A DNA stretch of 64,000 nt, taken from contig OX597814.1 of NCBI GenBank assembly GCA_951406725.2, positions 120,404,001-120,468,000 of the forward strand. The letters are read 5' to 3'. Each line of letters opens with the position of its first letter. Within the stretch, counting starts at the first letter, position 1. The notes beneath the pieces were generated by a model, which worked only from the letters and a program-made list of their open reading frames with translations, was not told the DNA's origin and did no database searches. The DNA is from Octopus vulgaris. Lineage: Eukaryota. Both the position numbers and the translations under genes were made by a program. Of the stretch, positions 1-12,745 are shown one piece after another.

Positions 1-49
1 TATATATAAACACATATGTACATGTATACATATGTATATATATATACTT

Positions 50-355
50 TATAATTAGGGTTCAGCAAAGATTTGCTTCACCACATACCGAAGTTTAGAA
101 ATAGCAGTCAAAAAACCTTAGCTATTTTTCTACTTTAAAAGGGACTATCAGAAAAACCAAAGTGCTTGAAAACAATCCACGCAGGCAAAGAGGAAAAATA
201 ACGAAAATCAATCCATATTTGGTTACACATGTACGCGCGTTTCGGAATTAGATCGGTATAAAGAATATATAATATATAATTATACTTTACCCAACAATTT
301 TCGACTCTTCAGCACGGGATTCCAACAATATTAAATATTAAATATTAAATTCGAA
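50..355 (-). mobile_element. Penelope-like element terminal repeat (pLTR) fragment carrying a hammerhead motif
   Basis: Abuts a (TA)-rich tract and contains the minimal hammerhead at 228-316; boundaries approximate. Confidence 0.6.
228..316 (-). ncRNA. Minimal type I hammerhead ribozyme (stem III loop GCGC)
   Basis: Minus strand reads CGUG-CUGAAGA-G...(about 60-nt AU-rich stem II)...C-GAAAC-GCGC-GUA|CAUG. Core is intact, stem I is CGUG/CAUG and the cleavage triplet is GUA. Confidence 0.75.
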
Positions 356-369
356 GGCACTGGAATATT

Positions 370-713
370 TCTCTCCACCGTAGCATCTTCTCCTCTTCCC
401 TCTCAGCCCGACATGAAACTTCCCGTGCTCCAGATCCCGCTGCAACACCTGCCCCTTCATCACCAACATCACTGCTGTCACCGGCTCCAACCTTTCTTTC
501 CATTCAAAATGTGACCGCGTGTGTACCGTTGGCGATTTTTTCCCTCCGTCTTCCCTTCTTTGGATCTTTCCTTTTCCTATGTTTCTGACGAAGAGCTCCG
601 CTCGAAACGTTAAACCCTCCTTCTTTCCATCCTTCCTGAGCGTTCAATAATACTATATTTGTTCCACGTCCTCGCGTTGTTATGCTTTCTCTTTGTGTTT
701 TCATGTTTGAATT

Positions 714-716
<3 letters not shown>
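370..716 (+). mobile_element. Penelope-like element fragment: Cys-rich linker remnant plus pLTR with variant hammerhead
   Basis: About 420-505 translates FPCSRSRCNTCPFITNITAVTGSNLSF, the C-x4-C-x2-C motif that precedes the GIY-YIG domain in Penelope ORFs. The hammerhead-like motif at 581-615 follows, and the element ends at (TA)n. Confidence 0.7.
581..615 (+). ncRNA. Variant minimal hammerhead (extra A after core, zero-nt stem III loop)
   Basis: GUUU-CUGACGA-A-GAGC-UCC-GCUC-GAAAC-GUU|AAAC; stems I and II pair. Confidence 0.55.

Positions 717-792
<76 letters not shown>
717..792. repeat. (TA)n microsatellite (representative of dozens of (TA)n/(CA)n/(TG)n tracts in the window)
   Basis: Seen directly. 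Other long tracts include 4924-5044, 26310-26460, 37873-37987, 47750-47950, 50119-50240 and 52210-52445. Confidence 0.98.
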
Positions 793-1740
793 CTAGCAGC
801 TAAACCCAGTTTCACGCGGTCTGTTTGGATGATGTGGCTGTGATCGTTTTTGGTTAGGCATAATCTATAACACTGTTTCTGAACGTTATCATTTCGGGTC
901 CCATGTTTTAATTGGACCCTCTGACTGTATGAAAATTTCCGGACTTCTCCAACCTACTTGACAGAAAACACCTTCAGGAGTTGTAAAAAACTAATTTGTA
1001 TGTACTCTGTTTCTGAGAGCTATTCCATTGAACCTCTGTCTAATCATTAAAACAATGATTTAATTATGAACATAGAAAGACATTATACATTGATCCCTAT
1101 TTTTTGTAAGCAGTTGTATCCGTAAAAAATGTTATTTGCAGAGAGCAGAAATTGAAAGAAGATACATGAAATGGAAGTTTGTGTGTGTGTATGTGTGTGT
1201 ATATGTGCGTGTGTGTGTGTATGGGTGCATGCTTGCGCGTGTGTATGTGAGAGAGAAAGAGGGGTGAGAAAGAGAGACTGAGTGAGTTAGTGAAGGTGTG
1301 TGTCGTGATGATTGACGTATTTGTACGTAGTCTGTTTCTGAGAGCTATTCCATCGGACCTCAGTGTATTCATTAACTCATTGATTTAAGTATGAACATAG
1401 AAAAAAATTATACATTAATCCCTATTTTTGTAAGAAGTTGTATCCGTAAAAAAATTTATTTGCAGAGAGCTGAATTTGAAAGCGATATATGAAATGGGCG
1501 TGTGTGCGTGTGTGTGCGTTTGTGCGTTTGTGCGTTTGTGTGTGTAGGTGTGTGTGTGTGTGTGTGCGTGTGTGCGTGTTTGTGTGTGTGTGTGCTTGCG
1601 CATGTGTATGTGAGAGATAAAGAGGCTGAGAAAGAGAGATAGAGTGAGTGAGTGAAGGTGTGTGTCATGATGATTGACGTCTTTTAGTGTACACACACAC
1701 ATAGAAAATGTCATCGTATAAAATTTTTATGATAGTTGAT
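793..1740 (-). mobile_element. Non-autonomous Helitron-like element with an internal tandem duplication of about 335 bp
   Basis: Minus-strand 3' end is ACCGCGTGAAACTGGGT (hairpin)...CTAG followed by T, inserted in (TA)n. Segment 1000-1330 is repeated with divergence at 1330-1680. The 5' boundary is uncertain. Confidence 0.55.
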
Positions 1741-2159
1741 TTATGGAAAAGATTATGTTAAATTTTTGAAATGCAAATATGTGAATGAAAATTAAATTCA
1801 AACTTCTACATGGTAGCTAGACCTGGTAGAAATAGCAGCCAAATCACCCTAAAAAACCCTACTGTCTTAATCGGAGAATTCTGCCTATTATGTAGTTTGA
1901 ATCAGAAGCTGTCACTAAAGATTATTAACCCCACAAAGAGGTGAAAGAAGAGAGACAACATAGCGAAGGTTTTGGCTGACTGTGATCCTGTACTCTCCTT
2001 GCTGCGAGCGAAATGGTATATGCCGGCTGTGTGACTTACTGGTTGTTTTAATGGTGGAACAAAGAGGGTTATTCCATTAGAAAAGCGTTAATCGCTTTTC
2101 TCGGTAACTATGGGGGCTGGAAAAATACAAACCACAATCCAATATATGTACCCGTCTCC

Positions 2160-3770
2160 TACAACTATATGGAAAACCCGTGCTACAACTACGAACAACA
2201 TCAATCGCCGAAGAATATAAGGCAGGAAAGGCAAGGACAGTAATGATGCTAAGGTATTCAAAAGATCAGAGCATCCGGGAAAACTGTCCAAATGTATCAA
2301 CTGGGAGGAAATGGAAGGCGAAAGAGGCAGTAAACAGGGTGATCGGAAAACTAAGGCACGCAGATATAGTCGGAGCGACTCAAGAAGCAAGAACCGGCCT
2401 AGGGTCGCAAAATTTCAGCTCATTTTGCAAGAGCAGTGTAAAAGAGATGAAAGAGGCAGTGGTATACGAAGTGAGAAAGGAGGAAGAAGAAAGGCGAAAT
2501 GTACATTTGGTGCAATGCAGTCAACAGGGACAGTGCCTGAGATGGGAGGAATATGTAATCAACCGCAGAATATCATGGAAGGAACTTTGGGCTTGGGAAG
2601 AAGCAAGAACATCCTTCCTGATCAAGTCTACCTTCGACGTTCTACCCTCACCGGCGAACTTAGTCCGGTGGAACATAAAAACAAACGATGAGTGTAGATG
2701 CGGAGAGAAAGCGACGGTTAGACATGTTCTGTCAAATTGCAGACTAGCACTAGAAAGATATACATGGCGGTATAATCAAGTCCTCGGCGTTATAAGCGCA
2801 GCACTCAAGGAGAAGATCGAGAGGTACAATAGGGGAGAGTACCCACAAGTAGAAAAGCGCAGGAAAGTATACTTCTACAAGGAGGGAAAAGGATATAAAA
2901 CCAGGCCTACAATAAAGTATAGGAGATAGTTGAAAGATGGAAGGGATACTGGGAGGTGGCCACGGACTTGGAAATACAAGTAATATTTCCACTAATAAAA
3001 ACAACAAAAAGACCGGATTTAGTCCTATGGAACAGACACCGAGAATAGGAATTTTACGAGAACTGACAGTACCTTGGTAAGAGGACATCAATGCAGAGGA
3101 ACGAAAGGAGAAGAGGTACGAAAAGCTAATCGAAGAATGCAGAGAACAGGGATGGAATGTCGAATATTATCACCTGGCAGTGGGGGATAGAAGCTTCATT
3201 GAAAGGAAAATAACAACACTTTTCAAAAGAAGATTTTTTTTCTAGCTCCGAGCTGCGAAAACTAATAAGGAGAGTAAAGGAGGCGGTCGCAAAAGCCAGC
3301 TTCTATATATGGCTGAAGTGGGAAGACCGAAAATGGCTTGAAAGTCATAACATGCCGGCGGGAAATAACATCATTAGGTGAGACAAGCTGACACTGAATC
3401 AGCTTCGCTGACTGACAGGTGACGGTCGTTTAGAGAATGTGCGGGCTAAAACTACGCACCTTCACTAGTCAGTTAAGGTGAGACAGTGTCACGTGACAAC
3501 TTGCTGTGATTGCCTGCTGGAACCTTCTGCCGGTATTTAAAGGGAAAAATTTGACAAGTCAGTCAGTCACCGGCTGACACTCGCTGACGATACATCAAAG
3601 AGGCCAGGGAACAGAAGAAAGAAGAAGAAAGAAGACATGCATACAACACCAGGGCTGAAGACACCTCCGAAAGTGAGGGGGCCCACCACGTCAAAACGGT
3701 AGAGGAGTAGGGGCCGAAACCGAACGTGGTTCCTCCTGATGATGCCTTGAGCTAACTGGATCCTATAAAC
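2160..3770 (+). mobile_element. 5'-truncated HERO-clade non-LTR retrotransposon (R2 group, restriction-like endonuclease), decayed
   Basis: ORF 2180-2929 has TGRKWKA, QQG..LRWE, FLIKSTFDVLPSPANL..W, a CRC..HVLSNC zinc knuckle and RYTWRYNQVL. After frameshifts or stops, the RLE motif RPDLVLW...ELTVPW...KRYEKLIEECREQGW appears at about 2940-3200. The 3' UTR ends in a GAAAC...CTGATGATG motif. Confidence 0.85.
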
Positions 3771-4034
3771 GAAACACGGTTGTAATTCCCCATCCGTTTG
3801 GCTGTGAACCTCAAGACAAGAAAGAATACAACGATCGCCCATGTCAAATTTATATTATATATATACACACACATATACATACATGCGCGCGCGCACTCAC
3901 ACACACACGCACATATATATATGGGGAAAAAATTATATGGTAAATAGTCAATATGTCCAATTTTCGGCATATTTGGCATTAGAAATTTTTTCGTTTGCCC
4001 TTATTTATAAGTTGTATATATATATATATACATA

Positions 4035-4386
4035 TCTAAATATATATAAAGCTGAGAGTGCACGTCTGTCTTTCTCTATGTCTGCATCACTGGGTCAAAG
4101 GAATTTTCAACTTCTTGCCGAATGCGAACCCAGAGCAATCTCTTATCTCATAAACTAATTCAATATTACGTGTCAAAAGTGAAACAACAACTCATCGCTT
4201 GATAACATATTTTGCAGTGTTCATGTCTCCATAAGTTAGCCGTCTCTCAAAATAGACTGATGGACTACGTACTAGACTTATAAAGAATAAACCCTGGGTT
4301 CGATTTCTTCAAGCATGACCGAAACAAGTAAAACAATAACAAACTATGTCATCTTTACCCTGAGCAACGTCGGGTGACTCTGCTAG
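4035..4386 (+). mobile_element. Short non-autonomous Helitron
   Basis: 5' TC(TA)nAAAGCTG, 3' hairpin ACCCTGAGCAACGTCGGGT then CTAG (4383-4386). Flanked by (TA)n and contains a SINE 3' fragment at about 4215-4335. Confidence 0.65.
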
Positions 4387-4387
4387 C

Positions 4388-4446
<59 letters not shown>

Positions 4447-4843
4447 CAGTTAAACTGATGACTGTCAATTGACAAGCAACAGAAATAATAATAAGGATAC
4501 TCATGGTGTATGTGGAGTGGGAGTGGTCTGGTTTGTAGAAAAATGACATAAATCACATTAATGTCTAGCAGACGTATTCAGGGACCTTAGAGTGTGTAGG
4601 CAAGGGAAAGTGAGGCAGATTTGAAAAGGAGGGGGAAATCTAATTCTTTGGGTCAAAATACCGTATCAGCATATGCTTCAAATGCCAAGATATCACAAAT
4701 TACCAAAGTGTAGTACAATGGTTTGGCTATGAGATGATGAATTTACTTATCCGTTTTCTGAAAAAGCAACGCTTTGGACTTACGCCACTTTTGATATACG
4801 TATATATATACATATAAAATAAATATACATATATAAATAAAAA

Positions 4844-4879
<36 letters not shown>

Positions 4880-4919
4880 CTGCTGCTACTGCCATTTCAG
4901 TCACTGACCATTACCATAG

Positions 4920-5031
<112 letters not shown>

Positions 5032-5434
5032 GTGCGTGTGTGTGGATGATATATATTACATATTTTTGCAGGTTGTAAACATTAAATGCAATTTAATAAT
5101 AGTTGATTATATTATCCAAACATTTTCCATTGTCGAATTTATCTTCCCTGGTTGATGGTTTTAACATTTAACCATCCGAATCCGCAAACACGTTTAAACA
5201 AATACGATTTATTTTGATTATGCGCCTGGCACATACAAAAATAAAGCGGTTTCAGGCTGGCTTAGAGAATTAGTGAAGCATAAACACAAAACTGTGTACC
5301 TGCCTATTTTGCGACTTCCGACGATAGATAGATAAATATATCTAGACAAGCAGATGGATACAGAGGAAGAAAGATAACTAAACTAGAATGAAAACAAATA
5401 GGTATCCATGCTTATGTCTACAAGATATAATCTT

Positions 5435-5709
5435 TTTATTTTTTCATTCTTTTGCTTGCTTTCGCCATTAAACGACAGCATTCCTGTAGCACCGCCTTGA
5501 AGAATTGTATTCGAACGAATCGAAACCATTCCTTATTTCATTTTTTAAGAGCCTTACTTATTCTATCGGAGCCATATGCCGATCGTATAGGTTACGAGAT
5601 TGTAAACGCACCAACACCGGTTGTCAAGCATTAGTAGGGAACAAACGTTGACATAAACACACACGGAGGCACACACAGAGACACACACACATATACAATG
5701 GGTGTGAAG

Positions 5710-5743
<34 letters not shown>

Positions 5744-5905
5744 GGATATATATGTATGTACATTTCCGTCTATCAAATCCACTCACAATGCTTTGGCTTG
5801 TTCCGACGCCATGGTAAAAGACACCTGCCAAATTTACCCCACAGTGGGACTGAACCCGGAACAATGTGACTGGGAAGTACACTAATTATTTCACATCTAG
5901 CCCTG
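5435..5905 (-). mobile_element. tRNA-derived SINE, family A (octopus-type, with internal microsatellite), diverged
   Basis: B-box-like GGGTTCAGTCCC head, GTGAGTGGATTTG core and a 3' body shared with the other copies. Confidence 0.75.
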
Positions 5906-5938
5906 TTCACAGACTCAAGTTCACACACATGCACACAC

Positions 5939-5969
<31 letters not shown>

Positions 5970-6019
5970 CGCACATATTTTCGTACATGCACACATATAT
6001 ATATCGATATATATCTTTT

Positions 6020-6215
6020 ATATTTTTCACTGTTTCAGTCATTAGACTGCGGTCATACTGGAGCGCGACCGTTAAGAAATTTTAGTGAAACAAATCGATA
6101 CCTGTACTTATTTTAATTAAGCCCGCTACACGTTGTCGAACCGCTTATTTAGAGGGATCTTAACATACCAACACCAGATGTCAAGCGAAGGCGTGGGACA
6201 AAAACAGACACAAGG
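6020..6215 (-). mobile_element. SINE family A, 3' half
   Basis: Matches the tail tgtttcagtcattagactgcgg...gaaccgct...caacacc of the other copies. Confidence 0.7.
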
Positions 6216-8439
6216 CCAAGCACACTTTCACACACACAGATCACACACACACACACATACACACATACACTCATATATATATATATATATATATATATTT
6301 TAGAACACACCCTGTACAACTCTGAAAATCGGCAATCAATGAACGTAGGCTATTAAATCTGAATATAGTCAAATAATCAATGTTTGTGCTACAATCGCTC
6401 CTGTCAAACCGCCAAAGGTTCCTGATAGGAAACGTTATGAAATACAATGATTCGAACTTCAATTTATCACGTGTCAATACTTCAGAATAAAACAGATTAT
6501 GCATTTCCATTTCAAAATTTGAAAAATTCATAAAATTCAGTTTCAATAAAAATTCTTATGTGCTTTTCGAAAAAATGTTGTGCAAGGGAAAAGGGTTTGC
6601 TATACTTTATCGTTTAGCTCCAGTAGTTTCAACCAAATAGGTGATTAAATAGTATGTTCTCATTGGATAGTGTTATCATCTGTGAAACTTAATTGTTTGC
6701 TGTGGTTCTATTGTCGATTTTAGATTTCATTTCATGGATCACATAACACAAAAGCAATTTTATTTCAACATTATAGAGAATGAATACCGTAGCCATAGTA
6801 GCATGTTATAGATATCAAAACAAAAACAAGGACATGAAAAAACGTAGTATATCTTTCACTTAAATTAATGTCGACATCAGACGATTATTAAAATCTGTAT
6901 ATTGTATCAAATATACTAAAGACCTATTGCAAGTGAAGCATTAACTTAGTGTTATAGAAAGATTACGAGATAAACAGTTTGGACGAGCCTATATACATAC
7001 ATTCATCTCTCTCGCTTTCTCTCTGGCTCTCTCTCTCTTTTTCTCTTTATATATATATATATACTACTTCGTACATATTTGTTCTAATATATACGCAAAC
7101 GTAAGAACACATCCATTCTTACCTACGTACACACTCAAACATTACACATATACATACATACATACATACATACATACATACATACATACATGCACATATA
7201 TGTATGTGTGCATATTTTTATTCTTCTAATACTTGTAGTCTTTCGAATGCGGTTATAGTGGTAATACGCTGAAGAGACTAGTACTAAACTTTATCGATCC
7301 TTATCTTCGAATATGTATGATAATAGTGTTTTAAAGACTCACCTTCCATGACTCACGCCAACAACTATAAGATATTTCCGAGGAATTAGAGCTTTAGTTG
7401 TAGGCATTCACACCCATATGAAGCCGTCAATATTAATGCATGTAACCCACTAAAACAAGTTGTGTAGTAGGTGCATCTGTGAGAAAACAGACAAGCCTAG
7501 CCTGCTTGGTAATGAGAGTGGTTTACGTTGTGCATTCCTCACGACGTAAAAGGATGAGTCAAAGGACGAATCAAATCCACAGAATGAGCGTCCATCATGC
7601 AGCTGAGAATGTGGGACTAATAAACTGTTGTTTTGGTATCTCTCTATAAGGAAAATTCGAATACAATTCCTGCCGTTTCATGTGCATCCAAAATTATAAT
7701 GTAGTTCTTCTAGGGTAAATGCATTCGCTATTCAGAGAATGGGTTTGGTCCTTTGGAAAGATTTTCATCAATTTTAAAAGCTTCAGTTCAGCATCGCTTG
7801 ATATTAACATACCCATTGTATGTTGCATAATATAAGTGGCTTTAGCCGACAATCGAAAAATGCTCGATGAAAAATGCCATGATGGCATCACCTAATGTCC
7901 CAGTGAGTGTGATAAGCTCTATGAAGACTTCTAACTTGCGTCCTTTGTTGCTATATCTGTGCAAAAGTGTCTAAGTTCCGGAAACGACTGAGAAGTCACA
8001 ATTGTGTTGCTCCCATTTAAAAGAACTGTTGAACCTTGGCCTTATTCGGGATGCATTTGCAGACATCGCGCACAGGCATACAAGAAACATTCATATACAC
8101 ATGCACAAACACATACACACTCTCTCACTTACACACATACACACACGCTCACAGATTTGTGTATATTTATATATATATATGTGTGTGTGTGTGTGTAGCT
8201 AAAATGTAAAAGAAATAATTCCTGAGTTATCGAGGACAAATGCTGTTCCAAATAGTGCATATTTCTGAATTAATGCAACACTTATATTACCACCAAACTC
8301 AATTAGGAATCTGCCATATCTGTTGGTGGCGGTACTTATAATAGTTTGGAATACTTTTAAGAACTCACCACAATCTTCGTTTTCCCTCAGTCCAATCCTA
8401 GTATTTCTCTGTTTTCTTCCATTCTTACCTCTACAATAT

Positions 8440-8585
8440 TATTATTGGCTTCAAATTTTGGCCAGAAAAGATGAAAGGAAAAGTCGACCTCCGCGGTATT
8501 TGAACTCAGAACGTAAAGACAGACAAAAATCCGCTAAACATTTTTGCCCGGTATCCTAACGATTCTAACAGAATGCCACTTTCGC
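8440..8585 (-). mobile_element. SINE family B, degenerate
   Basis: gatgaaaggaaaagtcgacctccgcggtatttgaactcagaacgta matches the family B core. Confidence 0.7.
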
Positions 8586-9305
8586 TTGAACATAATATAG
8601 AACAAATCAAAGACCGGGGTCTTTTATAGATCGGTAAGTAACGCTTTGGTATGGAACGGTAAATTATACATGTACTATATATTTTAAAATATTCTTAAAA
8701 GATTGCAAAATAAGTATTTTAAATTGTCAAACTTTGATTACTGATGGAATAATTTTTCTGCACTTTCTATTGTGAAAGGACAGAACCAGCCCGAAGGTAT
8801 ATCACCAAAGATACCGCATACGTTATTAATATGAATATATTCAACATATTATTAATGAAATCGTATAATATCAAATATCGGGCACTTGAGATTTTTCTGT
8901 GTTATTCTTACTGAATATAAGAATCCAATACTGATAAGAATCCAATACTGCATATCAGTAAAACGCCGAAGGCGTATAAATATAAAATATAATATATCAT
9001 TATCGCCTCTTCATAAATTCTTAGTAAATATATATGTTGGTACACCATTTTTAGATGTTATATTTTTGAAAGGTCATTTAATAGTAATTACTGATAAAAT
9101 CTGCAAGAAATATATTTCTACCATAATTTTAGAATTTAGACGCAGAAACGTCATCGATTTTAAGGTTTCACCAAAATCATTAATATATGAATACGGTTAG
9201 CCGACCATCAATAATGAACATCAGTAGAATGAAAGACATAATAATGTCTATGGGTGTTTAGTGTAGTAACGTGCTGATGTCTTATTTAAACATTAAATGA
9301 AGTTT

Positions 9306-10405
9306 AAAGTGCACTAGGCGATTGAACTTTCTTCACCACAGGTGCTATGCGACAATATTAGAAATTAATATTCATTGGAATAGCATGCTAGATATGCTTC
9401 AAGCAAACTGAGGCATCATTATTACTGTTGGAATTACTTCGTGTGCATTGTGTTCACGCCTAAGCTATAGAACATCTAATTCATATTTAATTAAAACAAA
9501 AGGAGCGTTTCAAATTGTAAATAATTTACATAGACATTTACCCGTCTAATAATACATTGAATATACATATGTAGTAGCAGACCCCTATTCTGAATTGCTG
9601 CATGTTCAAACACACCTTGTTTTAACATCCAGCTAACATACATTATTTCGTGCAACATTTATTGATATATTAGAAGTATTAGAAGCTATTTTCTTTTATA
9701 TAAAAATAGCATGTTTACATTATAGAATAAATATCCAAAGCATACTCCCTTTCTTCTATGAAAACAATTTTCTTCGTATTGCAGCCAAAATATGAATTCT
9801 GCCCCACTACTAGACAATTGAAGTTTTTTTTTTATATTATGTAAATAGATAGTCTTCATTTTAACCAGTAATACATGTCTCTCTGAGACATATTATGTCA
9901 ATAAACACAGGCTAATCATTTCCTAGATGGCTCTCCTAGACTATTTGTACAGTTATATCCCATCTATGTAATGTATACTCTCAAAAGACATGCGTTCTTT
10001 GGCTATCTTCTAACATTGGCATCAGTAGATATAACACAAATTATGTTCCATTGACTATTTCGGTGGCTAATACTGCATAAATCTATGTAGATGGCATTAT
10101 CCTACTATATAAATGACTAACATTAAATTCTTGTGTTGTGAATGATTTCTGGTTTACACCTGTTTTAGGTTTTCTCTTTTGAGTCAATCACAAAAATATT
10201 TTTAACGTAAAAAATAATTTTACAACTAATACATAACATTCAATGGCATATATATATATATATAAATTTGTGTTACCGTTATTCGCCAGTTTGTAGCGGG
10301 ACAAAGTGCACTAGGCGATTGAACTTTCTTCACCACAGGTGCTATGCGACAATATTAGAAATTAATATTCATTGGAATAGCATGCTAGATATGCTTCAAG
10401 CAAAC
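9306..10405 (+). repeat. Perfect 103-bp direct repeat (9306-9408 and 10303-10405) of a decayed RTE-like LINE fragment
   Basis: The copies are identical by eye. They translate RRLNFLHHRCYATILEINIHW, resembling the RTE C-terminal RLNxFHxRCLRxILxIxW motif. Confidence 0.8.
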
Positions 10406-12693
10406 ATAGATGGATGGGAGTACGGTAGAAATAAGAAGAATTTAAGCGAAATATAATGTTCCATTTTGTACCCTGCTTCTTTTATCTCTCAAAATTGCGT
10501 GTTATCACGTATCTAATGCTTTATTAACACGAGTTACATGGTGTTTAGATACATATATTTTAACACTTCGTTTTTGTTTCTACAAAGAGTGTCAAACAAT
10601 TTGAAATCATGACTATACCCCAGAGTAAATTGTAATTAAATCTCATATTTTTATGGCAATATAAACAGCATATTATGTATGTGAGGCATAACATCACCAC
10701 TTGCTCTAATTATATATATTGAACATAAATCTTTGTGAAGGATAAACCCGTAGCATGTGTAGTCTTCATTCATATCACTATTCTTGTTCGCTATTACCTT
10801 TATAGCATTGTAAAATTCACACATAATATGGTTAATATTACTTTCACATAATTTCTATTTTCCTATACAAGTGACAGAATATTGACTTACAAAGTAGGAA
10901 AAAATAATATACTGACTATTGAGAGAACTATTGCCTACAATTTTCCTAGTTTTGCAGAACTGTCATGTTGTTCACACAGTAAAGAATTACATCCAGAATA
11001 TTGTATTTAAATGTTTCTTCGCTTGTAGGTATTAGTTTATTTCATATAGAATACTTTCCTACAATATGTTATTTCCTGGTTGTATTTTGTTATAACTTTT
11101 ATAAAGATGTAATTTTCTATGTAAAATGTAATTTAAACACACAGACAAAACTCACTTTAATTCATTTCATTCTTCTATTTTCGTAATTCCGTTTTAGTTT
11201 TCAAGAAATCTTTCTTACAAACATATATTTGACGATCCTCTCAATATTTCTATAACAGGAAGAATATTTTCGTATGTAAATACTAAAATCTATAATTTTA
11301 GTTTGTATTTTAGTTTGATAGATTATATAACTCAGTCTCAATATTATGCATGTGTACACGTGGTGTCTGTATAATAACTATATTAATACGTTCTTAACAA
11401 TTTGAGATGGTTGACTGGTTGATAATTGTAGGATCCCCAACAGCCATTCCTAGGACATCGAGGCTCTGTCGTTAGGTATACTTCAGCTCTGAAATCATGG
11501 CTTATATTTTGGTGTTTTTTTTTTAGATTTGTTATGGTTATGCGTCTCATAATGGTGATAAATAGGACACTGGATATGATTTGAATGACTTCTGGTGATT
11601 TTGGAAGCTAAATGTGCAAAGCAGAGCGCGATATCCCGTGATGGTACATGTTACTTTTAATACAAATAATTCATATCCTAGATTGATCCTGTTCAACTGT
11701 ATTTTATGTGCATTGAATTCACTTTAATGATAAAGTATAAAGCATATAATTTTTTTATAGTTTGGTATTGTAATCAGGTGTAACAGTTGGTAAAGCTATG
11801 TAGTTAGCTTGTATCTTGAATACTGAAGATTAATATTAAAATATTTAGTGGCGGGAGCAATTAACGTCTTCAAATAGAAAAATAAATGCTTTTGACTAAT
11901 ATAATTTTAACTATTTCTCAAGTACGTAAAAATCCAGACGTAGAATGACACGGAAACTAAAGCGTACTAATCAAAACTATGACAATGAATTCACTAAATA
12001 AGCGTTCGGTATTGAATTTTAGATGCTGTAGTAAAGTACTATTGCTGAGAAAATAATAACAAAGGTTTCAAGTCAAGGAAATACAAAAGTGGAAGGAGAT
12101 TGAGTATTTTTTAATCATAGAAGATAAAACTTCATAGAAGTCACGTATCTCATCATGGAATATTGAATTTGTATAATGTTGTCCTATTAGTGACTGAATG
12201 TAATTCATGTTGTGTGAGGCGTACCTGATTGAACATATTTCAAGTCTTTGTTACAGAATGTGGTTCACAGACGAACTACAGGAGTAATCCTGTGTTAGTC
12301 ACATAGGATAACTTACTGAAAAATGCCGATGTTCGAATTTTTTGTGATTATTTGACCAAAAAAAACATAATATTATTCTAAAACCATTTAAGGTACATAC
12401 GAACGTGGTGACATGATTATGTTACATACTGTACATTGCTTTCCGTTGTTGCGTTGCAGTGTATCCAGGATGTGATATAAGACGCCTTCGCTTTTTTTTA
12501 ATTCAAAGCACATATAGGCATACAATAAGAAAGCAAGTACCTCACAATTTCATAAGCTCGAACGAGATTATATTTCAAGGGTCAAGCTACAATGTTACTG
12601 TTCCATTTTGTGGTTCAAGTACAGCAAAAACTTATAACTGTGAAAATCCTAGTTACTTCTAAGAAAGGTACATACTGTTATAGTGCACAAGCA

Positions 12694-12745
<52 letters not shown>

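Noticed and set aside
9306-10405. Direct repeats read as LTRs of a TRIM element
   Set aside because: Identity extends beyond any TG...CA ends, and there is no PBS, PPT or TSD.
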